Assembly: GCA_051294375.1 (NCBI GenBank)
Contig: JBJCIZ010000239.1
Coordinates: 2,002,581 to 2,066,580 of the forward strand
DNA from: Paraspadella gotoi
Lineage: Eukaryota; Animalia; Chaetognatha
Reading direction: 5' to 3'
DNA: 64,000 nt
Below are positions 14,459-28,444 of this stretch, one piece after another. The notes beneath the pieces were generated by a model. That model was not told the origin of the DNA, made no database searches, and saw only the letters and a program-made list of their open reading frames with translations. The first letter of the stretch is position 1, and each line of letters begins with the position of its first letter. The position numbers and the translations under genes were made by a program.

Positions 14459-15246
14459 ATCGAACTTTGGCCTTCTTTTCCGCCCTCTTCCGTTACAGTA
14501 GTAATATGATTAAGCTTATTAATTAAAGTAACTTTATTATTTTTCATGTTTTTTTCCCTTTTAATCGTTCGTTAGTGTCCTTTTTTGTACTATGATTTAG
14601 CTTATTAATTAAAGTAACTTTTTTAAATGTTTTTTTCTTTTTAATTTTCGACCCTTGTCCTTTTGTTCGTGAGTGACCTTTTATTTTTGTGGTTTGGAAG
14701 GAATTAAGATGACGGAAATGACGACGGCGGGACAGCGACTATAAATACGACGATCAAGACGACGACGACGACGAGCAAGACGACAACGATGAAGACAAAG
14801 AATAAGAAGACGATTATGAAGACGACGACGACGACGACGATGAGCACGACAAAGAAAAAGATAGCGACGCCCTACCGCGTCGNNNNNNNNNNNNNNNNNN
14901 NNNNNNNNNNNNNNNNNNNNNNNNNNNNNNNNNNNNNNNNNNNNNNNNNNNNNNNNNNNNNNNNNACAGAAGAGAGAGAGAAGAGAGAGAATTCTCTTCT
15001 CTTTTAGAGACGGATCCCCGACAACGCTGGATATCCAAGACGTCGGAGTCTTTAAAAATCATTTTCGCCTCCGGCAATTCTCTTTCCTAAGACGACGATA
15101 GCGATGACTCATGTCGGACGTGACGCCGAGAGAAAAGAGCGCCGGGGAACGCCGCTTCGATTGACGGGCGACTCCGAGGCGGATATTTAACGCCTGCAGG
15201 TGGAGGAGTTGAGGGGCGGTCTGGTCTTTGGGTTTTGCATGGAAGG

Positions 15247-15589
15247 GGCACGGTTTTCCGAAAGCGACTCATTTTTGGTTCTTTATTCCTTAACTTAATT
15301 ATTAATCTAATATTTAAACCTTAATTTGATATAAAAATTTTAACCTAATCCTTAATCGTAAACTCTAATACTTAATTCTAATCCTTAATCCTTAACTCTA
15401 ATCCTTAATTTTAATCCTTAATCCTTAATTCTAATCCTTAATTCTAAACTCTAATCCTCAATTCTAATCCCTATTCTAATGTACAACCATAATCCCTAAT
15501 CCTATCGATTGAATTAGGATGATTCAATTTAAAAAATCGATTTATTTTGAAATTTAATCCGAAAGTAAGCGCTTTTGAAAAATAGAGCC
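15247..15589 (+). mobile_element. MITE-like element, same family
   Basis: GGCACGGTTTTCCGAAAGCG ... (CCTTAA-like)n ... GCGCTTTTGAAAAATAGAGCC. Confidence 0.55.
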
Positions 15590-16829
15590 GATTTGAAAAA
15601 GACGTCAAGTGGTGGTTAGGGCGGAGGGGCTGGCGAAGGGGATGAGCGGAGGACAATTGCCGACGAGATATTTGACAAGTCATGAAGGAAAGGCTTGTCA
15701 AGATTCCAATGACAATACAGATGACAAAAAAACCTTCCCATTCTCTCTCTCTCTCGTCTGCTCTCCTCCTCTTCTCGTCTTCGCTGCTGCTAGCTTTTTT
15801 CGCTCCTAGTAAACGTTGGTCATTGGGTTCAGTTATGTCTCATTGTCGTAATATTAGTAGTTGTCATCATCATGGGGAACATTGTCGTCGTCGTCATTAT
15901 CACGAAAAGCTTGGCCGTCATAGTCAAAGTCATAGTCTGGTTGTCATCATCGTCATCATCGTCATCGTCGTCGTCATCGTCGTCGTCGTTTCGATGTCGA
16001 TTTGTCTTCATGACGAATTTGTGGTTAAACTTAAAGAGGCGAGGAATTCTATCGATTGATATTTCGTGAGGGAAAAAAGTGCGGGCGAGCCGCGGCGGCG
16101 GCGGCGGCGGCTGCGGCAGCGGCGGCGGTAGCGGCGCCCGAGGCGAAAGAAAATTGATAAATGGCAAACGCGGATGAATAAGTTATTATCGGGGATTAAA
16201 ATTGAATATTGAGAAAGAATGGTGAAAAAAAAGCAAGCAATAAAAAGAGCAAGAAAAAAAATAAAAGCAAGCAATTTCTAGGAAGAGAAGGAATTGTCAA
16301 TAAGCGAAATCAAGAGAAGAAACTAAAAAAAGAAAAAAATAAATTGAAAACGAAAAAAAAGAAGAGAAAATAGAATAACTAATAAACAGAAAAAAAACCA
16401 TGTGAATTTCCATAATTCAATAATTTCAATAAACGATATACAACGGAAGAAACAAAGAGATGAAACATAGGCAAGAAACAAGGGGATGAAAGAAGAAATA
16501 AAAAACAAAGTACATCGAGCCGACAAAGAATCGAATCTCGTACCGACAAAAGTGACAGAAATCGTAAAAACCGACAGAAATGAGAGGAACCGACGGTTAT
16601 TAATAGAAAAACCGACGAGTGATTCTTTTGCCGACGTCGTGTCTTGTCGGTTTCTTACCGACAAAGAAAAAGGGGATCGGGATATTGTTGGAATGATGTA
16701 GAAATAATGTGAAAATGATGCAGAGAGGATGTAGAAATGTCATTTCAACATCATTATTCCCTTTTTATACATTGATTTGGAAATAAAGTAATGAACTAAA
16801 TACGATTTAATAAAGTTGAAATTATATTG

Positions 16830-17005
16830 ATAGGGAAGCCAGGAACTCTGGGAGTGAATAAACGAGACTGTGAGAGAGTCTTGATTGAAAGCTTGCAGGG
16901 ACCTGCTATGTCATTATCTTATAAGAGTGATGGAGGCCTTAAACCACCAAAGCCTGTCCAAAGTCAGGGGCAAGATAGCTTATTTATTAAATGAATGGAT
17001 AATTT
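16830..17005 (+). repeat. Dispersed repeat (SINE-like tail)
   Basis: The motif GGCCTTAAACCACCAAAGCCTGTCCAAAGTCAGGGGCAAGATAGCTTATTTATT recurs at ~5015-5080, 18066-18130 (inverted), ~59810-59853 and 62265-62500 (inverted, interrupted by a GACCAATAA array). Confidence 0.7.
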
Positions 17006-17653
17006 TTATATTGGTTGTACCAATTTCATAATAATGAAGCAGAAATGAATAAAAAGAAAGATGATCCATCATCGTCTTTCATAAAGAAAAGGAGTAATCC
17101 GGAGGAACGCCTCTCGAGACAGACAAACAGTTTCGAGAGTCGGGGGAGGCGGGCTGTGGGAGAGAGTATGCGTCCATTCTTCTCTTTAGGAGAGAGTATT
17201 TATGGTCGGTCGTTTTAATTTGGGAAAATTGATTGAATTTTTATGACGAAAAATTTTAGGGTCGGGTATTTTAGCAACTTCTAAAGATTAACTATTAGGT
17301 TGTGGAATCCACAATGTGGATATCTGTTACTAATCTTTTAATCTAATAACTATTATATATTATCTATTATCTTTTTATATATTACTCTACGTAATGGAAT
17401 GAGGAATTTTAAAACGATAATGTACTAAACCTTACAAAATAACGAATATAAAACTCTTTCAATCAACGCTTAACTTTAAGCCGCATAGTTAAGCTTATTT
17501 TAAAGGTTTTTCTCATAATTAAAAAGAAGAGTAAAAAAAGGACGGAGGAACTGAGAGCTGAACTCTCAAAAAATAAACAAGAAATCAAATTCTGGGGAAA
17601 AAAATTCTTTCTTTTTTTTTTTTTTAGAAGATTCTTCCTTTGGGCCAAAGGCG

Positions 17654-17690
<37 letters not shown>

Positions 17691-17795
17691 TCATCGTCCC
17701 TCGTCATTCGGCCCTCGAGAGGTTCGAAGGAGAATCGTAAACAAAAGAACAGAAAACTGAGATGAGGCGGAACCGGATTTCGTTTGCCTTTTGTT

Positions 17796-17912
17796 TATAT
17801 GTGAATGTTATTTAGTAAAGTTATACTAGGTTTGTTATAAACAATAGCGGAATGTTATATGTGAATGTTATTTAGTATAGTTATACTAGGTTTGTTATAA
17901 ACAATAGCGGAA
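17796..17912. repeat. Near-perfect 60-bp tandem duplication
   Basis: TATATGTGAATGTTATTTAGTA.AGTTATACTAGGTTTGTTATAAACAATAGCGGAA occurs twice at period 60. Confidence 0.9.
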
Positions 17913-18228
17913 AACGAAACGGTTTTTTTTTATATCAAAAGAAAAATATCTTGAGCCGGAAAAAAAATATCGATAAATCGATTGGGAAAACAGAACTAAA
18001 AATTCCGAAAAGCCAATTACCAATTTTTTTTTATATCAATCACTATTGAATGAAATTGGCACAACCAAAATTATCCATTCATTTAATAAATAAGCTATCT
18101 TGCCCCTGACTTTGTTGTTTTAAGGCCTCAATGTTATAAAATGATTTTTACGCAAAAAATTTAAACACTTCCACAATCCCAACCCATTTCCCCCCCCCAT
18201 CGACCTTCCATACCCCAGACCGACTCAC

Positions 18229-18564
18229 CTATACAACGCCCCCGGCCGAGCCACGCCCCTCAACCTCTCCTCCGTGGAATTGGCCCGCGGCGCGCCCACC
18301 AGCATCAGCGTCCGCGCCGCGCCGCCCAGAGCCGCGTTGGTCTGCACGTGCTGCGCCACGGAGAAGCCGAAGTAGGATCCGTCCGGGCCGCGGCGAACGA
18401 CCGGCAGTTCGAAGTCGAGGTTGAAGCCCCGTGCCGTTTGGGGCGAGAGGAGGAGGAGGAGGAGGAGGAAGTAGGGGGAGACTATCACTAGAGGAAGCGG
18501 GAAGTGGGTGTGTCTACTCGAGGGTGTCGACGAAGAGTTTGAGGTTCGCCATCGACGGAGAGAA

Positions 18565-18600
<36 letters not shown>

Positions 18601-18647
18601 ATTGTCACTGTCGTCGATCCGACGCGAATATTCCACGAGGAGACCAT
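18229..18647 (-). CDS. Integrin alpha (PS1/alpha3-6-7 class), coding exon 1: signal peptide and first FG-GAP repeat
   Basis: Translation ...YFLLLLLLLSPQTARG|FNLDFELPVVRRGPDGSYFGFSVAQH...LMLVGAPRAN...PGALY shows the canonical integrin-alpha mature N-terminus (FNLD, GSYFGFSV, LLVGAP). Ends at an AG|gtgagt donor (phase 2). The start could also be the ATG at 18602. Confidence 0.95.
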
Positions 18648-21600
18648 TGTTTGTTTTATGTTTAATATTTGTTTGTTTTTTTGTTTATTATAATCTTAAT
18701 TTCAATGGAAGAACGCTGATTTTCGTTTCAAGCTTTTTCTTTTGGGGGGGGGGCGGCGGTAGGAATTGTTTGGCCTTTTTTTTTGATGTTTTATTAATTT
18801 TTGCGGGAAATTCTCGTTTTGGTTTTGGTTTTTTTTTTTCGTTGCGATTTGATTCGTTTTTTAGGTGTTTTTTTTTTTATAATTTTGTTTCGTATTCGCG
18901 TTGTTGAGAGTAGTAATAAAAACAAATATAAAATATTGCACCGAAAAATGAGTTAATATGTATATTGCACCGGTGGGAGTCGTGATTGATTAAAACTGAG
19001 TAGAAGTTGAGTAAATAAAAGAAATAGTCATTTATATTGAAGGCGCGATATAGTGATTAATATTTGTAAATGATTAATCCTGTTTTCGTGAGCAAAAATT
19101 GGTCAATAGGAAAAAAAGCGAATCATACGGTTAAAGGGTTTTTTTTTGTCAGGTAGGCGCGGTATTTTCACGCCCTCTCACGGACAAAAACGACGATAGC
19201 GGCGCCGAATTTAACGTCATTTTAATTTTAAATTCGCTTTGTTCATTTGTTTTCGCGGGAATATTTGAAAAATCCTTTTGATAAAAAAATAAAAAGAACG
19301 AAATTAAAAAAAAAAAAGATGTTTAAATCTTTTTAGGAATTTTTTTAAATCTTTTAAATTTCTGCGCGAATGTAGCGTGTCTGGCGTAGGAGCGAAATTT
19401 TGAGTTTGACTGGAGTAATAAATTTGGGGGAAAAAAAAAACAGATTGACTGCGGCTTGTCTGGAGCGGTAGGTTAGAGAAATCCCCGAATGATCATCGGC
19501 CTCCTGCAAAGGAAAATGGGAAAACAAGTTTAATACGGAATATTCTGACAAAACAAGATACGAGTTTCTCAAAGAAACAAAGACAAACAAAGGGGAAAAA
19601 GAAATTCTTTGTTCTGTTTCTAGAGGTCGCCCGGGTCATCGCGTTAAGTATCTGTTTCGTGTTTTGTCTGAAGAAGCGGTTTTCTTTTTTCCTTCAAAGA
19701 AACGGAATGAAACCATCGCCCTGTTTCCCTCTTAACAAAATCGAAAAGATTTTCAGACCCAAAATTGAAAAAATCCGTTTCTAATTTATTGCAGATGCGT
19801 TGGTAGTAAAAAGTGAAAACAAAAGTTTAAAGGATAACAAAAGTTGTATCTTTTAAAAAGATCTCTTTCTATATATATTTTTATTTTTTCATTTCCTTTC
19901 TGACTTTTATCTTCAAAATTCGACTTTTAGAAAATTGGATTTTTTTTTATATTTCTTTAACATTTTTTTTTTTGACTGGGGCCAGTGTCTTTATAAAAGC
20001 TTTATTTTTTTTTTACGAGGCGCATTAAAAAATCAGTACTGTTAATGTAAAAAAAAAAGAAAAAGAAACGATAATTTGGTTTTTATTACGATTCGATAAA
20101 CTTTTTTTTTTACTAGACGGGATCACTTCTTTAGTTTAGATGTAATAAGATGTAATAAGATGTAATAAGTCGAACAAACGTTAAAAACAACAATTTCTCA
20201 AACTTACCACGGGCTCAAAATTTTGGCCTAAAAAAAAAAAACAGGAAGTTTCCGAAAAGACGAAAATTTATTTAAAGTTTATTTGTTTACAAATGGATGA
20301 CGAAATTCTAGAAAAATCGAAGCAGATTTTTTTTTTTGGTATACAATATATTGTAAGTTAAAATTGTGACGAATGAACTTTGGATTTTTGAAGATTAACC
20401 TCCCCANNNNNNNNNNAAAAAAGTTGCCACGTTATTGCCACGTTATTTTGTCACGTTTTGCCGACGTAGCGCTTTTCGTTCGTTTCATCGTCGTTTTATG
20501 TCCGAATTACTGTAAAACGAGTAATGGGCGGGGGGCGGACACGAGAAAGTGGGATGGGGTTATTCCGAAAGGCGCGTAGATGCCATAATCAAGGCCACTT
20601 TTTTTTGGGCGCGTTTTATTTCAGGCCATTTTGGGGATTTTTTTTGTTTCGAGGCAGTTTTTTAGGCCATTTTTTGGCTTTCACAGGCCACTTTTCGGGA
20701 TCAGTATTTTTAGGCCATTTTTGGTTTTGATTCCCAGAGGTTTTTAGTTGTCGGTGTTTGCAAAGTTTTTGGATCTGGAGAAAAAAAAATTAATTTCGTC
20801 TTTGACTTTTTAATTTATAAATAATAATAACAATTGCGTTCAAGGAAAACGATAGACAAAACATAAAGAAAACCAAACAAGCAAAACAAGCGCTGAGTCA
20901 CTATTTTTTTTTCTTTTCTCACCCAAAACAAAGAAAACATTTAAAAAATAGTAATAAAAAACCCGAATAACTGTGAAAGTAATGATGATAATAGCGAGAG
21001 AGAGCAGAGAGATAGAGAGAGAGAGAGAAAGGGAATGAGGGAAAGGGAGTGAGTGGAGGAGAGAGAGAGAGAGAGTGATTTTGTTCGAAACATTAAAACG
21101 AAAAAAAAAAATTCTTTTTATTCTTTCTGATTTTCGAGTGAAACAGATTTTTAGTTCTTTTTGTTTTTTTGTTTTTTTTGTTTTTTTCCGTTTTTTTAAT
21201 TATCTTTTTTTTCTCTCTCAGTCGATCGATCGAACTGAAGCCGACAACGAGACGAGATGAGTTTTATTCTTAGTCGAGTTTATTTAATGTTAAAAACGAC
21301 AGCTAAAGATTAAGAATGAATATCATTGCGAGGGGTTTGGGAACTTAGTATTTAACCAATCAGTCTCGAATTGGAGGAAAACAAGAAAAAATCTAATAAA
21401 TCAATTTTAACGATGATAATAGCTGTAATGATATTATTTTAGCCATTGAGCGATAAACGATTAAAGGCTATTAATATTTGGACTGTCAGTTAATAATAAT
21501 TTTCTATCTATTATTTATTTTTATTTTTTGTGTCTTTTTTTTCATTTGTTTTTTTCTTCTTTTTTGTAGTTTCCTACATTGTTTTTTGTTTTTCTTTTTT

Positions 21601-22517
21601 CAGTTTCTTCTCTTGTTCTTTGTTCCTTTGTTTTTTTTAAATATTTTTGTTTTGTTTTATTTATTTTTCTGTTTTTATTTGTTTCTTTTAATTTTATTTT
21701 GTTTTTTCCGTTTGTTTTATTTCGTCCCCTGTTTTTCTTTTTGTTTCTTCTTTTGTTTTTTTTGTTTCTTCCTTTGTTCTGTATTTCCTACAAATTTCTG
21801 CATCGATCGACGTCGATCTTTTCCGACTCGAAGGAAATAACTGTAGCGACGATAAAAAATTAACCGACTTCGAAGTAGACGAAATTTTTTTTTTGTCCAA
21901 ACAGACATTCTTTGGGAGAAGCAGAGACGGACTGACGAACGGATGGACGGATGGACGGATGGACGGAGAGCGAGGGGAAATTACCAACAAAGGCCTTTTT
22001 TTAATTTATAGGGACAGACTAAACCGGAAACGATTGTTATGAAAATTGCAATATAATTTTTTAAGGATACTAAATTTATATTAGATTAATTTTTTATTCA
22101 ATGTATTTTATGTGAATATTAGTAATTAGGTTTATTGAACATGTTACATTTTATGTTGGCTTGAAATATGTTGAAATACATTCTGCCCTAGTTTTATTTT
22201 ATTAGATACCAAGAATCTATTGTAATGCATCTATTAAAAGGAATCGAATGTGATGCATTGTATTATAAATTAAAATCTTAAAAACAGATTAACGTAATTT
22301 TTGAAACAGTTAAAAAACGAAGAGGCAAAAAATAAAGATTTGCTTTAAAAAAAGCGCTCCTGGCGGGAAAAAAAGTCTTACAAAATAAAAGAGCAACAAA
22401 ATGTAAACCGAATTAGGCCGAACCTCTTTATCAGAAATATATAGGTCAAGGCTTTTTGTTCCGGCAGAGCAGAAGTTTTTATCAGTCAAGGTTTTTGGGA
22501 AGCCAGGAAGTTGGGTG

Positions 22518-22570
<53 letters not shown>

Positions 22571-23751
22571 TTTGCAATTAAAACTGCGCAAGAGCTCAAA
22601 CTGGATATCGTTTAATTCGAAATCGTTTACTTAAAATTTCATTTGTATATTACAGCAGAAACAGTGCATTAGTGATAAAATTATAAAATGTTTAAAAAAA
22701 AATTGTAAATGAAAAATATTTGATTCGTTGTTAAGTTCTTTTTTTTCGCACAGTCCTAATCATACACACTTTTCGTTATTTTAGGATATCGGAGATTTAA
22801 AAACATTTAAAAATATCCTTGACAGATTCTATTAAGGCGGTTTGAGTGTATGAAGTTCGAAAAAGACAAAGTCAATGATGGAGAAAACGATAATGATGTT
22901 GAAGTAACGTAATTCGAAACGCGTATCTGAGTGGCTCAGACAGATCGTTTCCGTTCGGATCAGTTTGCTATTTCTTTTTGTCGAAAATTTTTGGGTAAAG
23001 TCAATCGAGAATATGATATTGATGTTTTACTGATTACATTTTTTCCGTTTGTTTTATCTTCTTTATGTTTATTTCTTATTTTTATGTTCATTCACAACAA
23101 CAAATTGCTTTCGTAAGAGATAAATGTATTGATTAAAATATTACATCTTCATAAGTCCAAAAATTAAAACAGAAAAAAATAAGGTTAGTTTCTAACGAAA
23201 TAAGCTAACAATGAACCTAATATGAATGTCATATGATCATAATAAGAACAGAAAAGAAAAGAAAACAAAAAAACAAAAAAACAATTAAAAGTAACAAAGT
23301 TGAGAAACCGTTGAAAAGAATCACCTCTTCTGTGCTTCAGCAACGAAACAGTTGTTCATCGCGTAAAATTAAAAGTTAAATAGATCAAGTTAAGTTTAAT
23401 TGACTTTTTTTTTTTAAACCGAAGAAAGAGGAATCCCAGGGACACCGAATCGTCGAAAGGACCGCGAATTAATTTATGCATCTTTTTTTTCTTTTTTTTT
23501 AAAGGCGAAGGTTAATCTTTTTAGTGAGAGTAATTAATATTATTTTTAAGGAAATTAACAGCCCCGGCTTTTAAGCTGGGAGAGGTTGAGTGTAAACTTT
23601 AGAGAGAGTTAAAAAAAAAGAAAGAAAATCGTCATAACGGAAAAGAGATCGTGCGCTCTCTCTGTCTCTCTCTCTCTCTCTCTCTCGTGTCTTGGGAGTA
23701 GGAATGTTGATGGATAGCTGAGCCAGGCAGGAAAAAACTGTAAGAGAAAGG

Positions 23752-23786
<35 letters not shown>

Positions 23787-24012
23787 AAAGGATGATTTTA
23801 AAACTAAAAGGATTTGAGCGAAGTTTTTTTTTCCTTTTGAAAGGAAGAAAACCTGTGAATTTATTTTCTGAAGACTTGGGACCAGCGGGACATCTCTCTC
23901 TCTCTCTCTCTCTCTCTCTGATTCGATTTAACAAGTGACTAGCCATCCCTGAATTTAGGGATTTCATCCCACAAATGTGGTTTGCATCTTTTTTCAAAAT
24001 GAGATTTGAAAT

Positions 24013-24048
<36 letters not shown>

Positions 24049-24169
24049 TTCCTTAGCCTTTGGGATAAGAATAATCTTTTCTCCCCGAGAGAAAATATGC
24101 GACTTTTCCAGGCGGAAAAACCTACGAGCAAAATCGCTTCTCAGGTTTCGATGTAAAATGCGTCGCCGC

Positions 24170-25230
24170 TTAAAAGGTCAAAGGCGATCGCCGCTTAAAT
24201 ATTAAAGGCGATCGCCGTTAAATGTTATAGGCGATCGCCGTTAAATGTTAAAGGTGATCGCCGTAAAATGTCAAAGGCGATGCCCCGTTAAATGTTAAAG
24301 GCGATCGCCGTAAAATGTCAAAGGCGATCGCCGTTAATGTCAAAGGCGATCGCCGCTAAAATGTTAAGGCGATCGCCGTTAAATGTTAAAGGTGATCGCC
24401 GTTAAATATTAAAGGCGATCGCCGGTTAAGAATATCAAAGGTATTTATGCTTGTTTAATGTATAAAAAAAGTATATATATGTGACCAAAATATATTAATA
24501 GCAGCCTTTAAATAATTTAATTGGATTTATAATAAGAGTACCTTCTTCTCGTGAAAAACCGACTTAACCTAAATAAAATGGCCATAACGTTGAAAAGACG
24601 ATTTAATCAATCATATTAATCAATCAATCAATACAATCAATCAATCAATCAATCAGCCCCTCAAACGTGAAAAATATTTAATGAATCAGCTAATCAATCA
24701 TCAATCATTATGCGTCGATACGTCGCCTCAAAGGCGGATCGTCTTAATTAGTTAATGTCGAACTCCGATCGTTTCGTCTCTCGTCCAAAAGCCGACCTTA
24801 ATTATTAATTCGATTGCGTGCGTAATTTGTCCAAAGACGATTTCGACTTTTTATCTCCAAATTCCAAAGTCTCGAGAATCGAAATGAAACGAATCCACTT
24901 GTACGTAGGGAACAGTTGTTAAACCAGGGCGGCAACCCCCCCCCTGCGCGATTTCTATTCCCTGTGACACCTGCATTTCTCGTTTTTTCTTATCCATGTG
25001 AATTTCAATCTTTAAATATCGTTGACGTTTAAGTTAATATATTTTTAAACTAAATAAACTGAATCCTATAACCCTAATCTAAATCCATGACTTAATCCTA
25101 AACTCTATATAAATTCGTTATCTATAATTTTCTAACTTTACCCTCAACCTATAACCAAAGTCTCTAATCCCTATGCTTAATCATTAACATAATCCCAATA
25201 ACCTTAATCAATAACCGAATCCATAACTTA
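24170..25230. other. Error-rich duplicate of 25836-26738 across the 25-N gap at 25811-25835
   Basis: Same order of minisatellite, (TCAA)n and CCTTAA-like tract on both sides, with indel noise in the left copy. Confidence 0.8.
24172..24425. repeat. ~23-bp minisatellite with palindromic core GGCGATCGCC (~11 units; further units at 25836-25935)
   Basis: Units of AAAGGCGATCGCCGTTAAATGTT read directly from the sequence. Confidence 0.9.
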
Positions 25231-26157
25231 ATCCCTAACCTTTAACCTAATCTTTAATATAAAAAAATAATTTATTAAAAAAATTAGATAAAATGGATCT
25301 GTTCTGGGAAAATTAATGCCGAGACGTGCTGTCACCTGTCGAAGGGTAGCGGTCCCCCTGTGGGAGAAGGAGTGGGGCGGAAAGGGGCGGGAAGAAGATC
25401 GGACGAAAGTCGCGTACAGGGTGCAGCCTGGTCCGACCAGAGGGAAAGAAGCCGGACGAGTTTCCCGTGGAAGAAGTGGAGTGTCGCGAATTCGGACGGA
25501 CAAAATGAAGCAAAAAAATATTAGACGGAGTACGCCACCTCGTAACTATGAGTGTGTTGAGTAGAACTGTACGAAGGACGGACGGATGAGCGGACAGACG
25601 GAACGCGACAGCAACGACGACAAGCGAAGAGTACAACGAACGAAGGAAAGAAGAATGGACGAATGGAGAACGGAGGGACGTACGGGACGATCTCGAAAAA
25701 GAATCTAATATTGATTGAAGGACTGACTAACCGACCGGACTAGAACAGACAGACAGACCGAATTAAGGGAAAGAGATTACGGAAGGCTTTGTGTCGTGTT
25801 TATCTCCTCTNNNNNNNNNNNNNNNNNNNNNNNNNCGCCGTTAAATATTAAAGGCGATCGCCGGAAAAGGTCAAAGGTGATCGCCGTTAAATGTTAAAGG
25901 CGATCGCCGTAAAAGGTCAAAGGCGATCGCCATTAAATGTAAAAGTAAAAGTCCAAAGAGATTGTCGCAAGAAATAAAAGCCGGTATTTATTTGTTTATA
26001 ATGTATAAAAACAAAATTATATATTGTTGCCAAAATATATTAATACAGTCCATTTTTTGGATATATAAAGTACTTCTTCTCGTAAAAAACCGACTTAACC
26101 TAAAAATAAAATGGCCATAACGTTGAAAAGACGATTTAATCAATCAATTAATCAATC

Positions 26158-26191
<34 letters not shown>

Positions 26192-28444
26192 CGTGAAAAA
26201 ATATTTAATGAATCAGCTAATCAATCAATCAATCAATTATCGTCGATCGTCGCCTCCAAATCGAATTAATTATTAATTCGAACTCCGATCGTCGTAATTC
26301 GTCCAAAGGCGATCGTCTTAATTATTAATTCGATCGTCGTAATTTGTTCCAAAGGCGATCGTCGTCGTCGTCGTTGGACGATTTACGACTTTTCAAATTC
26401 CAAAGTCTGAGAATCGAAATGAGACGAAGTCACTTGTCTTGGGGAAGTTGTAAACCAGGACGGCACCCCCCCCCTGGGATTTCTATTCCCTGAGCACACC
26501 TCATTTCTGTTTTTTTTTTATCCCATTGAATTTTAATTGTAATATCGTTGACGTTAAGCTAAATATATTTTTAAACTAATAACTTAATTCTTAACCCTAA
26601 TCCTAAACAATAACTTAATCCTAAACTCTAATTTTAAATCGTTATCCCTAATTTCTAACCCTTACCCTCAACCTTAAACCAAAGTCTCTAATCTCTAAGC
26701 TTAATCATTAACATAATCCATAACCTTAATCAATAACCNNNNNNNNNNNNNNNNNNNNNNNNNNNNNNNNNNNNNNNNNNNNNNNNNNNNNNNNNNNNNN
26801 NNNNNNNNNNNNNNNNNNNNNNNNNNNNNNNNNNNNNNNNNNNNNNNNNNNNNNNNNNNNNNNNNNNNNNNNNNNNNNNNNNNNNNNNNNNNNNNNNNNN
26901 NNNNNNNNNNNNNNNNNNNNNNNNNNNNNNNNNNNNNNNNNNNNNNNNNNNNNNNNNNNNNNNNNNNNNNNNNNNNNNNNNNNNNNNNNNNNNNNNNNNN
27001 NNNNNNNNNNNNNNNNNNNNNNNNNNNNNNNNNNNNNNNNNNNNNNNNNNNNNNNNNNNNNNNNNNNNNNNNNNNNNNNNNNNNNNNNNNNNNNNNNNNN
27101 NNNNNNNNNNNNNNNNNNNNNNNNNNNNNNNNNNNNNNNNNNNNNNNNNNNNNNNNNNNNNNNNNNNNNNNNNNNNNNNNNNNNNNNNNNNNNNNNNNNN
27201 NNNNNNNNNNNNNNNNNNNNNNNNNNNNNNNNNNNNNNNNNNNNNNNNNNNNNNNNNNNNNNNNNNNNNNNNNNNNNNNNNNNNNNNNNNNNNNNNNNNN
27301 NNNNNNNNNNNNNNNNNNNNNNNNNNNNNNNNNNNNNNNNNNNNNNNNNNNNNNNNNNNNNNNNNNNNNNNNNNNNNNNNNNNNNNNNNNNNNNNNNNNN
27401 NNNNNNNNNNNNNNNNNNNNNNNNNNNNNNNNNNNNNNNNNNNNNNNNNNNNNNNNNNNNNNNNNNNNNNNNNNNNNNNNNNNNNNNCAACAAATCCGAT
27501 AACTGGAGTATTTACACGCCAAAAAACACGAGGTAAACAAATAGAAATTAAAAAAAAATACTGGTCGCTCTCTCCAAAAAAAAAAACAACAAAAAAACTG
27601 TGAACCAGTTTCACGGCGAGGTTTAAGCAGATGTAGGATGATGTTTTATATAAAATGTTTGAATCTTCGTCATTAAGTCATTTTAAAACTGTACAGGAAT
27701 TTTTGCTCAAAAAATGTCTTTAGCTGAATATTTTTGAAACAAAGTTCTTGTTTAAACTTTAAAAATATTTTGTCAAAAAACTTGGAAACTTATAATTTTA
27801 TAAACGCCTTTACCTGCTTACGTTCCCACCTAATTGCGCCTTAACCCGCCCGTGTCTCGATGATTTATTCTTTTTTTTTTTCTTTTTCTTGTTCAAAATT
27901 TTTTTTTTTTTTTTTTTTTTGTTGTGAAAACTCGAATCGGCGATGCATCTCACGCGCTCCCTTTTCTCCTCGATCGCAACCAACTCACGCTTTTTCCCCC
28001 TCCCCCCCCACACACAAACCCGCGCGCGAGAGAGAGCGAGAGAGTCGAACGCTTGCGAACGTTCGAACGTGCCAGCAAGCATGCTTGCACTAGGCAATCG
28101 ACTGGGCGAAGTGAGCGAAGTGAAAACCGAAATCACACGAAAAACTAATTCACGATCGAACGTTTAGGATCACGCGTTGGGGACGGTGAAGCGATCCTGG
28201 CGGCGAGAAAGCGATACGTATCACTCTTGTCGAATTTTTTATAACGGGCTGATCGGAAAGCGATATCGCTTAAAAGGACATTTTATATAACGGGCCGAAT
28301 AGGAGAGACGGGAAAAACGATTTAACTTCTTGTGTATCGATTACATAATTTAGCGACGATCGATCGCCGTAAGCCAACGATCTCAAGGCGAAGCGGATTC
28401 GTCCTTTTGGCCTTAGGACGAAAGAGCGAGCGACGAACGAAATT

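Noticed and set aside
24172-24425. CRISPR-like array or cyanobacterial HIP1 (GCGATCGC) sites
   Set aside because: Linkers are ~13 bp and near-identical rather than unique spacers, there are no cas genes, and the context is eukaryotic.
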